Shown here: piece after piece, positions 1-6,864 of the stretch
Layout: each line of letters begins with the position of its first letter
Position numbering within the stretch: the stretch's first letter is position 1
Virus record (IMG/VR): IMGVR_UViG_3300049228_000044
Span: 1-39,516 of that record
DNA length: 39,516 nucleotides
Strand: one strand, 5' to 3'
Source of the DNA: a virus
Lineage: Duplodnaviria; Caudoviricetes
Translations under genes and position numbers: made by a program
Notes under the pieces: generated by a model
Told to the model about the DNA's origin: nothing
Database searches by the model: none
Seen by the model: only the letters and a program-made list of their open reading frames with translations

Positions 1-313
1 CCCCAAGCTGGTCCCGAAGCTGGTCCCCAAGCTGGTCCCCAAGCTGGCCCCGAAGCTGGTCCCCAAGCTGGCCCCAAAGCTGGCCCTTCGCCGGCATGGC
101 GAATATCTTGAGAGCCATCATGCACATGGCTGGACTGTCAAATATAAACAGCTTTGGCGCAGGCTTCCCGATTTCCGCATAGGCATTAGCGAGCGCGCTT
201 TCCAACTCCGGGCGATCAATCCGCCCGCCGCCGCACGCGATGTCCAGATACCGCTGGCGGAAGCGCGGCAATTCCGCTTCCTGATCCGGGGTGAGTTCGG
301 TTATATTGGTCAT
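1..313 (-). CDS. DUF6745-like protein, N-terminal part (runs off window start)
   Basis: ATG at 313 overlaps the upstream stop (ATGA). Reads MTNITELTPDQEAELPRFRQRYLDIACGGGRIDRPELESALANAY...FDSP..., then (G/D)QL(W/G/R) repeats. Open to base 1. Confidence 0.85.
   Translation of the reverse strand, partial: MTNITELTPDQEAELPRFRQRYLDIACGGGRIDRPELESALANAYAEIGKPAPKLFIFDSPAMCMMALKIFAMPAKGQLWGQLGDQLRGQLGDQLGDQLRDQLG
2..85 (-). repeat. 12-bp coding tandem repeat, 7 units of G(G/A)C CAG CTT (T/G/C)GG
   Basis: Read directly. Encodes GQLW GQLG DQLR GQLG DQLG DQLR DQLG and is truncated by the window edge. Confidence 0.95.
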
Positions 314-468
314 GCTTGCCCCTCTGCTAAAGCGTGCAGTTCGTCATGCTTGCGCAAGTCGTATTCGAACTGCTTGGCGATGGTGGCGATATCGGCCTTG
401 TCCTTGATCCCGTAAGCACGGGCGCAGGCGCGAGCCGAAAGCAGGCCTTCTTTGACGTAATCTACCAT
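310..468 (-). CDS. Hypothetical protein (52 aa, MVDYVKEGLL...)
   Basis: AGGAGAG RBS before ATG 468; stop overlaps the next start. Confidence 0.75.
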   Translation of the reverse strand: MVDYVKEGLLSARACARAYGIKDKADIATIAKQFEYDLRKHDELHALAEGQA

Positions 469-490
469 CTCGTCTCTCCTGTTGAAGGGG

Positions 491-667
491 TTAGGCCGTG
501 GCTGGATAAACTTCGGGAAGTTCAACATCCGTGTAATCGTGCCAGCCGCCGCATTCATCTAGAATGGTAGCGTCGTCGTCGTCCGTACCTAAAACCTGTC
601 CAGCAACGCCGTTTGGCCAAATCACATTGTCACCAATTTCAAGATAGTCGTATTGATCGTATGTCAT
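491..667 (-). CDS. Small acidic hypothetical protein (58 aa, MTYDQYDYLEIGDNVIW...)
   Basis: GAGGAG RBS before ATG 667; lies directly downstream of a predicted promoter. Confidence 0.75.
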   Translation of the reverse strand: MTYDQYDYLEIGDNVIWPNGVAGQVLGTDDDDATILDECGGWHDYTDVELPEVYPATA

Positions 668-690
668 GCTCAATCTCCTCTTGCTGCCCC

Positions 691-720
691 CTCTTAGCAC
701 AGCGGTTGCGCGTTGCAACC
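691..720 (-). promoter_or_regulatory. Putative sigma70 promoter with overlapping palindromic operator
   Basis: TTGCAA(718-713)-16 bp-TAAGAG(696-691); inverted repeat GGTTGC-N5-GCAACC at 704-720 covers the -35. Confidence 0.6.
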
Positions 721-747
721 TCTTTCTGCATGGTGCGGTGATTTTTT

Positions 748-927
748 TCAGCGCTTCCAAATCACCAATCCGAGAGGGCGGCGAAGTTTCACCATATCAT
801 CAGCCGCAATCTGCTCGCGCCGCCTTTCGCGGTGACTGGCCAGCGCAGCGAGCGCTTGAGCTTTTGTCTTGGCGCGAGGAAGCGACCACATTGCGCCGCC
901 GTCCAGCATGATCGAAAACCGGGCCAT
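748..927 (-). CDS. Small basic hypothetical protein (59 aa, MARFSIMLDGGAMWSLP...)
   Basis: Below the ORF-track cutoff. AAGGAG RBS, ATG 927, TGA 748-750. Confidence 0.7.
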   Translation of the reverse strand: MARFSIMLDGGAMWSLPRAKTKAQALAALASHRERRREQIAADDMVKLRRPLGLVIWKR

Positions 928-939
928 CTTACTCTCCTT

Positions 940-1427
940 TAGTGGCTATCCGGCGTCCAGATACAGCCCGTCCCCCGCCGTAGGTGCTACCACAAGCGGA
1001 TAGCAAGGCGTTTGCCTAGATGCTTCATCTTCGTTTCACTACACCTGCCCTGTACCTCTCGGCGGGGGGCCAGCCCGGTCTCCTCCGATGGTTCACCAGC
1101 CTAAAAACTGGATTGGCCTGCCGAGGTCGCATTCATCGCCCGAAGGCAACGGCATTTTCGCGGTGCAGTTATACCTTACCTCACATCAAGGATCGGTGGC
1201 GCGGGGGTGACGCCCGAAGTACATGGCCGTTGACTGGGGTGCCTAGCCAGTTGTGGACTTTCAGCTTTGCCGGAATGAACTCGGCGCGCGCTTTCCATCC
1301 AAGGCAGCTTTTCCAGGGTGATGCGGTCAAACGCCAATTCGAACCGGGCTTGCATTGTCCGATTGATGGCCGTATAAGAGACCTGCAAACCAATCGGGCC
1401 GCATGGGATCACCCTCCTGTGCGGCCC
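940..1427 (-). ncRNA. Putative ~490-nt structured non-coding RNA (candidate replication primer / origin transcript)
   Basis: Gap in an otherwise tightly packed operon, with its own predicted promoter. Many hairpins, including a cUUCGg loop at 1135-1150 and a 9-bp long-range stem 972-980/1060-1068. Confidence 0.5.
1350..1378 (+). promoter_or_regulatory. Antisense sigma70 promoter
   Basis: TTGCAT(1350-1355)-17 bp-TATAAG(1373-1378), opposite to all flanking genes. Confidence 0.7.
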
Positions 1428-1434
1428 AAACTTT
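1384..1434 (+). ncRNA. Putative ~50-nt counter-transcribed antisense RNA
   Basis: Starts just after the antisense promoter and ends in an 8-bp GC hairpin GGGCCGCA(1396-1403)/TGCGGCCC(1420-1427). The following U-tract is weak. Confidence 0.55.
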
Positions 1435-1460
1435 ATGCGCGCGACTGGCGGACTTGTAAA
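1432..1460 (-). promoter_or_regulatory. Putative promoter of the long ncRNA
   Basis: TTTACA(1460-1455)-17 bp-CATAAA(1437-1432). Confidence 0.5.
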
Positions 1461-1499
1461 GCCCCATAGACTTATGACTTTTTCCGATTAGTCTTTGTA

Positions 1500-2087
1500 C
1501 TATGCGTTGATTTGCCGATTTATCGGAACCACGTTGCTTTCCAGCCGCGCCAGCTCGGCCCTCATTTCCAGCGTCTCGGCTTCCCGGCCCAGCTTTTCGT
1601 AAATCGCGATCCGCTTGACCAGCGAAGCAACCTTGTCCGCCTGCGTCACGATCCGCCCGGTATTTGTGCCGTTCGGCCTATGCGATTGCCGGACCCAGTT
1701 GCGCCAGGTCTTTTCCCATGCCAGCTTGACCGCGCCTGCGCCCGATTTGGCCTGCCAGTAGTTCGCGAACAGTTCGGCTTCGGCTTCGGTTTCTTCCGGG
1801 TGCCAGCAACGCTGCGCCATCGCCCATGCTTTCCAGCCTTCGGGCAGTTGCCAGTCGTTCGGCAGCCTGGTCCCGCGCGTCACCTCGCGCTTGGCGATCA
1901 ACGGCGCATGGATGCCTATAGCCGCCATGATCGCGGTGACGTGGCGCACCTCTAACCCGGCGAAATCGGCAAAGGCGGCAACGTGAAACCCCGGCTCGCG
2001 CATTGCGTGCCAGCAATGATAGGCATGGCCGGTCTTGACCTTGGCCTCGCGGGCAATCAGCGGCAGGCGAGGATCGAACGGCGTCAC
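1500..2087 (-). CDS. Phage replication protein with DnaT-like domain
   Basis: RLPNDWQLP...FANYW...K.AWEKTWRNW motif typical of phage replication initiator / DnaT-like ssDNA-binding C-domains; located after rusA. Confidence 0.65.
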   Translation of the reverse strand: MTPFDPRLPLIAREAKVKTGHAYHCWHAMREPGFHVAAFADFAGLEVRHVTAIMAAIGIHAPLIAKREVTRGTRLPNDWQLPEGWKAWAMAQRCWHPEETEAEAELFANYWQAKSGAGAVKLAWEKTWRNWVRQSHRPNGTNTGRIVTQADKVASLVKRIAIYEKLGREAETLEMRAELARLESNVVPINRQINA

Positions 2088-2425
2088 AGCGTCACCTGAA
2101 CACCGCCGGGCTTCATCGGCCTGGCAAACGTCACGGTCGGCACGGCAAAGGCGCTATCGTCGATCCCCAGGGCCATCGCAATCCCATCCTGATACGCTTT
2201 CATGGCAGCTATGGTATTGTCCAAATCGATCCGGTTCGCGGTCTTGGGCGTGACCGTGTAGGCCAGCTTGACCGGCGTTCCGTTCCACTTGAAACAGCGC
2301 GGCAGCTTGGCCTTGGTCGCATGGTATGCCCATTGCTTGTGCTTGGCAAATTCGCGATGCTTCGCGGCCCAATGGCCCCTGCCGTTCGGCCAGAGTATCT
2401 TGGCGGGGAATGGCAGGACGATCAT
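2084..2425 (-). CDS. rusA: RusA-family Holliday junction resolvase
   Basis: L.PN.R.HW motif and catalytic D.DN...K...D.....IDD pattern; ATG 2425 overlaps the upstream stop. Confidence 0.85.
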   Translation of the reverse strand: MIVLPFPAKILWPNGRGHWAAKHREFAKHKQWAYHATKAKLPRCFKWNGTPVKLAYTVTPKTANRIDLDNTIAAMKAYQDGIAMALGIDDSAFAVPTVTFARPMKPGGVQVTL

Positions 2426-2571
2426 GCGCAACTGTCCATCATTTCCGCCTGCGCCGCCAGCCGCCGCACCTCAAGCCGCACGTCGTCCGATGGCACGATA
2501 TGCCCGGCCTCAAGTTCGGCGGCAATCGCCTGCAGGCGTTCGGCTATCTTGCGTAGTGCAGGGGCAATCAT
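2422..2571 (-). CDS. Hypothetical protein (49 aa, MIAPALRKIAERLQAIA...)
   Basis: Fills the gap exactly with ATGA overlaps at both ends. Confidence 0.75.
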   Translation of the reverse strand: MIAPALRKIAERLQAIAAELEAGHIVPSDDVRLEVRRLAAQAEMMDSCA

Positions 2572-3269
2572 TCCGGTTCGTCCTGGGTGGGTGTTTCAAC
2601 CTTGCGCAACGCTTCATAGACAGCCAGCACATAAGGATGCTTCACCGCCCGTTCGTCCCATGTTTTGTAGCTGTGGCAAATTGTGCTGTGGCAACCCTTT
2701 TGCAGCCGCCGCGCAATCGCCGGAAAGCCGGTGCCGTTCTCGCGCATCAGCTTTATCGCCACTGCCCGCGCGTTCAGGTAAAGCGAGGAACGACCTTCGC
2801 CGCGCAGTTCGCGCACCGTGATGTTGAACGCAACCGCAACCGAATGCATGATGTCGCCAGGCAGGGCATGGTTCTCGATAGGCAGCATGTTGGCTTCCAG
2901 AGCGGCTTTCTTGGCCCGCTCGGCATCCTCTAGCGCGGCTTGTGCCAGTCTGGCCTTCCGGCTCCGCGCGGCTTCCTGCGCCGCTGTCCGTTCCGCAAGC
3001 CGGGCATTGTAACAGGTGAGGCACTTTTCCTTGCCGTCGCTGTACTCAAAGGTGTTTTCAGCCGTGCGGATATGCCCGCAATCGAACGGCTTTTCCTTGC
3101 GTCCGACCGGCTTCCAAGCTATCTTTTCGCGCAGTTCCCGGCATTGCTCAAGCGTTGGGGCCTTGCCGAAATAGCCCAGCGTCCGCGCCCGGATCGTGCT
3201 GGGGTCGCTGATGTAGCTGGCGAGGTACTTGGCATAGCTAGCCGGGGTGCTGTAGTCGTAGTCAATCAT
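2568..3269 (-). CDS. Protein with Zn-finger-like segment and C-terminal DnaA domain IV-like HTH
   Basis: CGH...ENT...CLTC, coiled coil, then VAVAFNITVRELRGEGR...AR...G.GFPAIARRL...HSTICH, which resembles Bac_DnaA_C. Confidence 0.8.
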   Translation of the reverse strand: MIDYDYSTPASYAKYLASYISDPSTIRARTLGYFGKAPTLEQCRELREKIAWKPVGRKEKPFDCGHIRTAENTFEYSDGKEKCLTCYNARLAERTAAQEAARSRKARLAQAALEDAERAKKAALEANMLPIENHALPGDIMHSVAVAFNITVRELRGEGRSSLYLNARAVAIKLMRENGTGFPAIARRLQKGCHSTICHSYKTWDERAVKHPYVLAVYEALRKVETPTQDEPE

Positions 3270-3373
3270 GCCAGCGTGATCACGACGGCAACGCCAACCA
3301 TGCCCCAAATCAACAGCATCAGCGAACCGCCGCACACGATACCGCGCCACAGCGCTCTTGCTTCGTCATCCAT
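3266..3373 (-). CDS. Small membrane protein (35 aa)
   Basis: MDDEARALWRGIVCGGSLMLLIWGMVGVAVVITLA; overlaps both neighbours. Confidence 0.6.
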   Translation of the reverse strand: MDDEARALWRGIVCGGSLMLLIWGMVGVAVVITLA

Positions 3374-3572
3374 GATTTGCATCACAATACCCCCTGCGGT
3401 CATAAATATAGTCACCCGCGCTCGGTAGCAGCAAGTCATTCCAGAAACGCCACATCCGACCAAACTTCAACCAGTCAGGCGTCGCCCAGTACAGCCAGTG
3501 GCAAAGTCTTCCCCTCGTATAACGAAGTACGCTGTGCCGGACGCAGCCGCAGATTTCGCATCGCTCATCCAT
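3366..3572 (-). CDS. Hypothetical protein (68 aa, CxxC)
   Basis: GAGGAG RBS before ATG 3572; coupled to neighbours. Confidence 0.65.
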   Translation of the reverse strand: MDERCEICGCVRHSVLRYTRGRLCHWLYWATPDWLKFGRMWRFWNDLLLPSAGDYIYDRRGYCDANHG

Positions 3573-3768
3573 GAACCTTGCTCCTCGCCTTGTGTGTTGC
3601 GTGTCCGCGCCGGGCAGCTTCCGCCCGCGCCTCGCGCACGACCCGTTGCCGGGCGTAACCGGCTTCAAGCTCGCGCTCCAAGGCCGTGCCGTGGATAGCT
3701 GCCTGCCGCTCCGCACGGGCCGCGTTGTGGCGCAGGGCAGCGGGGAGGTGGGGGATGAGGTCGATCAT
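3565..3768 (-). CDS. Hypothetical protein (67 aa)
   Basis: ATGA overlap with the LexA-like gene. Confidence 0.7.
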   Translation of the reverse strand: MIDLIPHLPAALRHNAARAERQAAIHGTALERELEAGYARQRVVREARAEAARRGHATHKARSKVHG

Positions 3769-4031
3769 GCGACACGGATGTGGTAGAGCGGCGCCCCATC
3801 GGGAGCGCGGGGGATGGTAACGGGGGTGAGCAGTTCAATGGCGCGGGCGCGGTTGGGCAAGCGGCGGAGCCAGCCACGCCAGACAAGGCCGTCAATAATG
3901 GCCTGAAATTTATTCAACGAGTTGACGCCGATCACTACCGCCATTTCCCGGAAGCTCGGGCTATAGCCATGCGCTTCCTGATAGCCTGCGATGTAGCGCA
4001 GAAGCTCGGCTTGGCGAGGGGTGGGGGTCAC
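3765..4031 (-). CDS. LexA-like DNA-binding-domain-only protein (88 aa)
   Basis: TPRQAELLRYI...HGYSPSFREMA...GL..RGWLRRLPNRARAIELL matches the LexA N-terminal winged helix. No S24 peptidase domain. GTG start overlaps the upstream stop. Confidence 0.85.
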   Translation of the reverse strand: MTPTPRQAELLRYIAGYQEAHGYSPSFREMAVVIGVNSLNKFQAIIDGLVWRGWLRRLPNRARAIELLTPVTIPRAPDGAPLYHIRVA

Positions 4032-4123
4032 AGGTCGTTGGCCGCGAATGAACGGCGCGGGCAGCGGTGCAGCTCGGTTATGCGGTCCCATGTTTGCAGG
4101 ACGGCGCGGTATATGGCGATCAT
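4028..4123 (-). CDS. Small hypothetical protein (31 aa, MIAIYRAVLQTW...)
   Basis: ATGA and GTGA overlaps on both sides. Confidence 0.55.
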   Translation of the reverse strand: MIAIYRAVLQTWDRITELHRCPRRSFAANDL

Positions 4124-4317
4124 GGCGCTTCAACCTGGCCAGTCAGATAATTGGCCATAAACTCGCGCGCTTTGGCCTCGGTTTCAGGCCAGACCCGTCG
4201 CCCCTTTTCCAACTTGTGAACAAAGGCGGTATCGTTAAGCGCCAGTTCGCCAAAGCGGGTGGGCGGGAGCGAATGCGTATCGCAAAACGCGCGGATATCG
4301 GGGAGAAGCGTTGTCAT
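4120..4317 (-). CDS. Cro-like small HTH regulator (65 aa)
   Basis: LLPDIRAFC...PTRFG.LALND..FV..L..GR......AK...FM pattern of alphaproteobacterial phage Cro-like proteins; first gene left of the divergent switch. Confidence 0.8.
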   Translation of the reverse strand: MTTLLPDIRAFCDTHSLPPTRFGELALNDTAFVHKLEKGRRVWPETEAKAREFMANYLTGQVEAP

Positions 4318-4323
4318 TCCCCT

Positions 4324-4410
4324 TTCGTATATGACGATTTGCCCCGTTGCAAGATTTATTTTGCTTTGATGCAAATTAGCGCTTGCAAAGGTGCAAACTA
4401 TCGGTATTCT
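4324..4410. promoter_or_regulatory. Divergent early promoters with three palindromic operators
   Basis: TTGC-N6-GCAA at 4339-4352, 4361-4374 and 4383-4396. Rightward promoter TTGCAA-16-TATTCT; leftward promoter TTGCAA-17-TACGAA. Confidence 0.85.
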
Positions 4411-4434
4411 GGCTTCACACAAGGAGCAATGCAA

Positions 4435-4629
4435 ATGGAACCCTACCTCCAAATTTCGCAAACGCTGCACCGCCTGAGCGAAGCCGAACAGCTCTCAATC
4501 ATGGTTGCGCTTATCCAAGGTGGCCCCGAGGCCGGTTATCGCAGCGACGCCTTCATTGACGCGCTAATCCCGGTCGATCTGGCGCTTTCCGCCGCATATG
4601 CCGAACTCGACAGCGTGAGCGGAGGTTAG
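4435..4629 (+). CDS. Hypothetical protein (64 aa), first rightward early gene
   Basis: AAGGAG RBS 8 nt before ATG 4435. Confidence 0.75.
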   Translation: MEPYLQISQTLHRLSEAEQLSIMVALIQGGPEAGYRSDAFIDALIPVDLALSAAYAELDSVSGG

Positions 4630-4630
4630 C

Positions 4631-4711
4631 ATGATCCACCGCCTCCCCGCGCTGCTGGTCACCCTGTTCGTTATCGGCGGGGCTGTTGCCCTGATTTGGG
4701 AGTATCTGTGA
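4631..4711 (+). CDS. Tiny membrane peptide (26 aa, MIHRLPALLVTLFVIGGAVALIWEYL)
   Basis: GGAGG RBS; TGATG coupling to the next gene. Confidence 0.6.
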   Translation: MIHRLPALLVTLFVIGGAVALIWEYL

Positions 4712-5040
4712 TGATTGAACCGGGAACGCCGCTGCCTTGGCGGGTGCGTGATGATGTGGTTTCGAGCGCAACTTGGCTAAGCGCTGAGAACGATACGGTT
4801 GATCTGGCTTGCGTCGGGGAAGGCTGGCCCCCCAGCGAAGAACTTTGCGCAGAACAAGACGCGGCCTACATCGTCCACGCTTGCAACGCTTACCCAGCAC
4901 TGGTCGAACAGGCCGATGCGCTGGAAGAGGCTTTGGCGAACCTCATGCTTTACCACGATGTACCTGGCCCGGTTGATGCCCCGCTCGCGCCGTTGCTTCG
5001 CGCTGGCTTCGCCGCCCTTGCTGCGTACCGCAAGCCATGA
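4711..5040 (+). CDS. Phage hypothetical protein (TPLPW...DAAYIVHACN type)
   Basis: Common early-phage motif TPxPW...NA.FIV.A.N; coupled starts and stops. Confidence 0.75.
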   Translation: MIEPGTPLPWRVRDDVVSSATWLSAENDTVDLACVGEGWPPSEELCAEQDAAYIVHACNAYPALVEQADALEEALANLMLYHDVPGPVDAPLAPLLRAGFAALAAYRKP

Positions 5041-5111
5041 GGCTTCTATTCGCCATTATCATGACACCATGGGCCTTGCTACTGGCCCGCTTGCTGAGGT
5101 TTGAACGATGA
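5037..5111 (+). CDS. Tiny hydrophobic peptide (24 aa, MRLLFAIIMTPWALLLARLLRFER)
   Basis: ATGA overlaps on both sides. Confidence 0.55.
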   Translation: MRLLFAIIMTPWALLLARLLRFER

Positions 5112-5347
5112 GCAACACCGCCCGCCATGACCGGCTGCTGAAAGCCGCATCGAACGAGTACCGCTATATGGACAACGCCAGCATGGATTACCTCGCTGAC
5201 AAATTGGGCAGGCCGCGAATAGTCGCGCCCGCGCCGGTTGACCGCGTTGTCAGGACATCGCCGGAAATCGACAGGCAAGTTACGTTTGCGCGCCGGGTGA
5301 TGGGCGAAGCGCGTTGGGCACAACTGAACAAGGAATGGAACGCATGA
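5108..5347 (+). CDS. Hypothetical protein (79 aa)
   Basis: ORF track; coupled with neighbours. Confidence 0.75.
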   Translation: MSNTARHDRLLKAASNEYRYMDNASMDYLADKLGRPRIVAPAPVDRVVRTSPEIDRQVTFARRVMGEARWAQLNKEWNA

Positions 5348-5502
5348 ACATCAAACCGCCCCCCAGCACCGGCTATCAGCGCACCATGCGCGTGCCTGGC
5401 CCATTCGAGCGCGAGGAGCCGCCGTTGCGCTATCGCTTCATTGCCATGCCGATCATCGGAACGCTGGCTTGGGTTTTGCTGGCAGCGGGGTGGGTGTCGT
5501 GA
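5344..5502 (+). CDS. Small membrane protein (52 aa)
   Basis: ATGA/GTGA overlaps; C-terminal hydrophobic helix. Confidence 0.65.
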   Translation: MNIKPPPSTGYQRTMRVPGPFEREEPPLRYRFIAMPIIGTLAWVLLAAGWVS

Positions 5503-6176
5503 CCGTCGCCAAACCCGCAACCGTCTATGCCAAGATTGCCGCCGTGCAAGGCGAACTGGCGAAAGTCGGCATCGCCAAGACCCGGCGCAATACGCAAGGC
5601 AGCGGCTATAACTTTCGCGGCATTGATGATGTCTATGCGGCGCTGGCACCGTTGCTCGCGCAGCACGGCCTGGTTATCGTTCCGCGCGTTATCAGCCGGG
5701 AAGTGATCGAGCGCAGCAGCAAAAGCGGCAACGCCTTGTTCTACGTCACGGTCCATGCGGAGTTTGACTTTGTGTCCGCCGATGATGGCAGCTCCCACAC
5801 CGCCGCCACCTATGGCGAGGCGATGGACAGCGCCGACAAGGCGACCAACAAGGCCATGAGCGCGGCTTACAAATACGCGGCGTTCATGACGTTCGCAATC
5901 CCGACCGAAGGCGACAACGACGCCGATGGGCACACCCCGGAAGTGGCGACAAAGAACGCTTGCATAACCGATGCGCAGCGGACCGAGTTGATCAACATGC
6001 TTGAGCAGATGAACGTCCCGGTTGGCCCGTTCCTGCAAGTTGGCAACATCTCCGATCTGGCTGAATTGCCCGCTGGCGAGTTTGAGGTGGCGAAGCGGTG
6101 GATCAACCAGCAAGCGGTCAAGCAGTCGCGCGATGCAGCCCCAGGAAAGGACGCGCCAGATGCAATTGACTACTGA
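5499..6176 (+). CDS. erf: ERF-family single-strand annealing recombinase
   Basis: GYNFRGIDDVYAAL...GEAMDSADKATNKAMSAAYKYA...F.IPT.D.DAD motifs. Confidence 0.92.
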   Translation: MTVAKPATVYAKIAAVQGELAKVGIAKTRRNTQGSGYNFRGIDDVYAALAPLLAQHGLVIVPRVISREVIERSSKSGNALFYVTVHAEFDFVSADDGSSHTAATYGEAMDSADKATNKAMSAAYKYAAFMTFAIPTEGDNDADGHTPEVATKNACITDAQRTELINMLEQMNVPVGPFLQVGNISDLAELPAGEFEVAKRWINQQAVKQSRDAAPGKDAPDAIDY

Positions 6177-6864
6177 CAACCCCCGCGCCGTGATCGGCGA
6201 CAACGCGCCGCCGGATGCGATTGACACTGCGCTGGAACCGTTCGGCGATGTCTTGGAGGAAGTCGCCAACTGGCTTGACGGCGCGACAGTCGAGAACGCG
6301 GGCCAGCTCGATGCCACCGATGCGCTGCTCAAGGAACTGAAAGCCGCGCGCAAGGCTATCGACGAAGCCCGCGACGAATGCACCGGGCCCCTGCATGAGG
6401 TGTGGAAGGCCGAAGTCGCACGATGGAAGCCGGTGCAGGACGATCTGGACCGCCAAGTCAAATGCCTGGTTGCAGCCCAAGCCCCGTTCAAGGCCGCGCT
6501 CCATGCCGAACAGGAAGCCGCCAAGCTCAAGGCCCGCGAGGAAGCCGAACGGATCGCAGAGGAAGCCAGGAAGGCGCACCTTGCCGCGAATGCTGCGAGC
6601 ATCGAAGAACAGCGCAAGGCCGACGAACTGCTCGCCGCCGCAGAGGAAGCCGCGAAGGCCGTGGCCAAGGCGGACAAGGCCAGTGTCAAGGGAATGCGCA
6701 CGGTACAGAGTTACGTGATCGACGATCACCGCGCCGCGCTCAATTCGATAGCGCGCAATGATCGCGAGGCCGTGACCGCGTTCATCGAAGACTACGTGCG
6801 GCGCAATTTCAAAACCCGCGCAATCGACGGCGTGACCGTTACGCAAACTAAGGAGGCGTTCTAG
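6160..6864 (+). CDS. Coiled-coil recombination-associated protein (Gam/Gp157-like placement)
   Basis: IGDNAPP N-terminus, long Ala/Glu coiled coil and IDGV C-terminus; adjacent to erf. Confidence 0.6.
   Translation: MQLTTDNPRAVIGDNAPPDAIDTALEPFGDVLEEVANWLDGATVENAGQLDATDALLKELKAARKAIDEARDECTGPLHEVWKAEVARWKPVQDDLDRQVKCLVAAQAPFKAALHAEQEAAKLKAREEAERIAEEARKAHLAANAASIEEQRKADELLAAAEEAAKAVAKADKASVKGMRTVQSYVIDDHRAALNSIARNDREAVTAFIEDYVRRNFKTRAIDGVTVTQTKEAF

Noticed and set aside
1-86. Short repeats at the window start as a CRISPR array or terminal repeat
   Set aside because: The 12-bp units are contiguous, have no spacers, lie in frame within a coding sequence and are not repeated at the other end.
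787-803. CTGATGA...GAAA on the - strand, resembling a hammerhead ribozyme core
   Set aside because: Only 6 nt (TATGGT) separate the motifs, so there is no stem II. No correctly placed NUH site, and it lies inside a plausible ORF.
940-1427. Group I/II intron, RNase P or tmRNA identity for the long non-coding region
   Set aside because: I could not find a group II domain V, group I P7 elements, a complete RNase P P4 pairing or tRNA-like tmRNA ends by eye. An Rfam search is still needed.
1020-1469. ORFs in the non-coding gap (1020-1469 +, 1176-1412 -, 1181-1393 -)
   Set aside because: No properly spaced RBS, no coupling to neighbours and no recognisable motifs. A 59-aa ORF from ATG 1355 cannot be fully excluded.
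5430-6846. Long antisense ORFs (423 aa and 242 aa) opposite erf and its neighbour
   Set aside because: Shadow frames of GC-rich genes; low-complexity Ser/Ala/Arg translation and no RBS.
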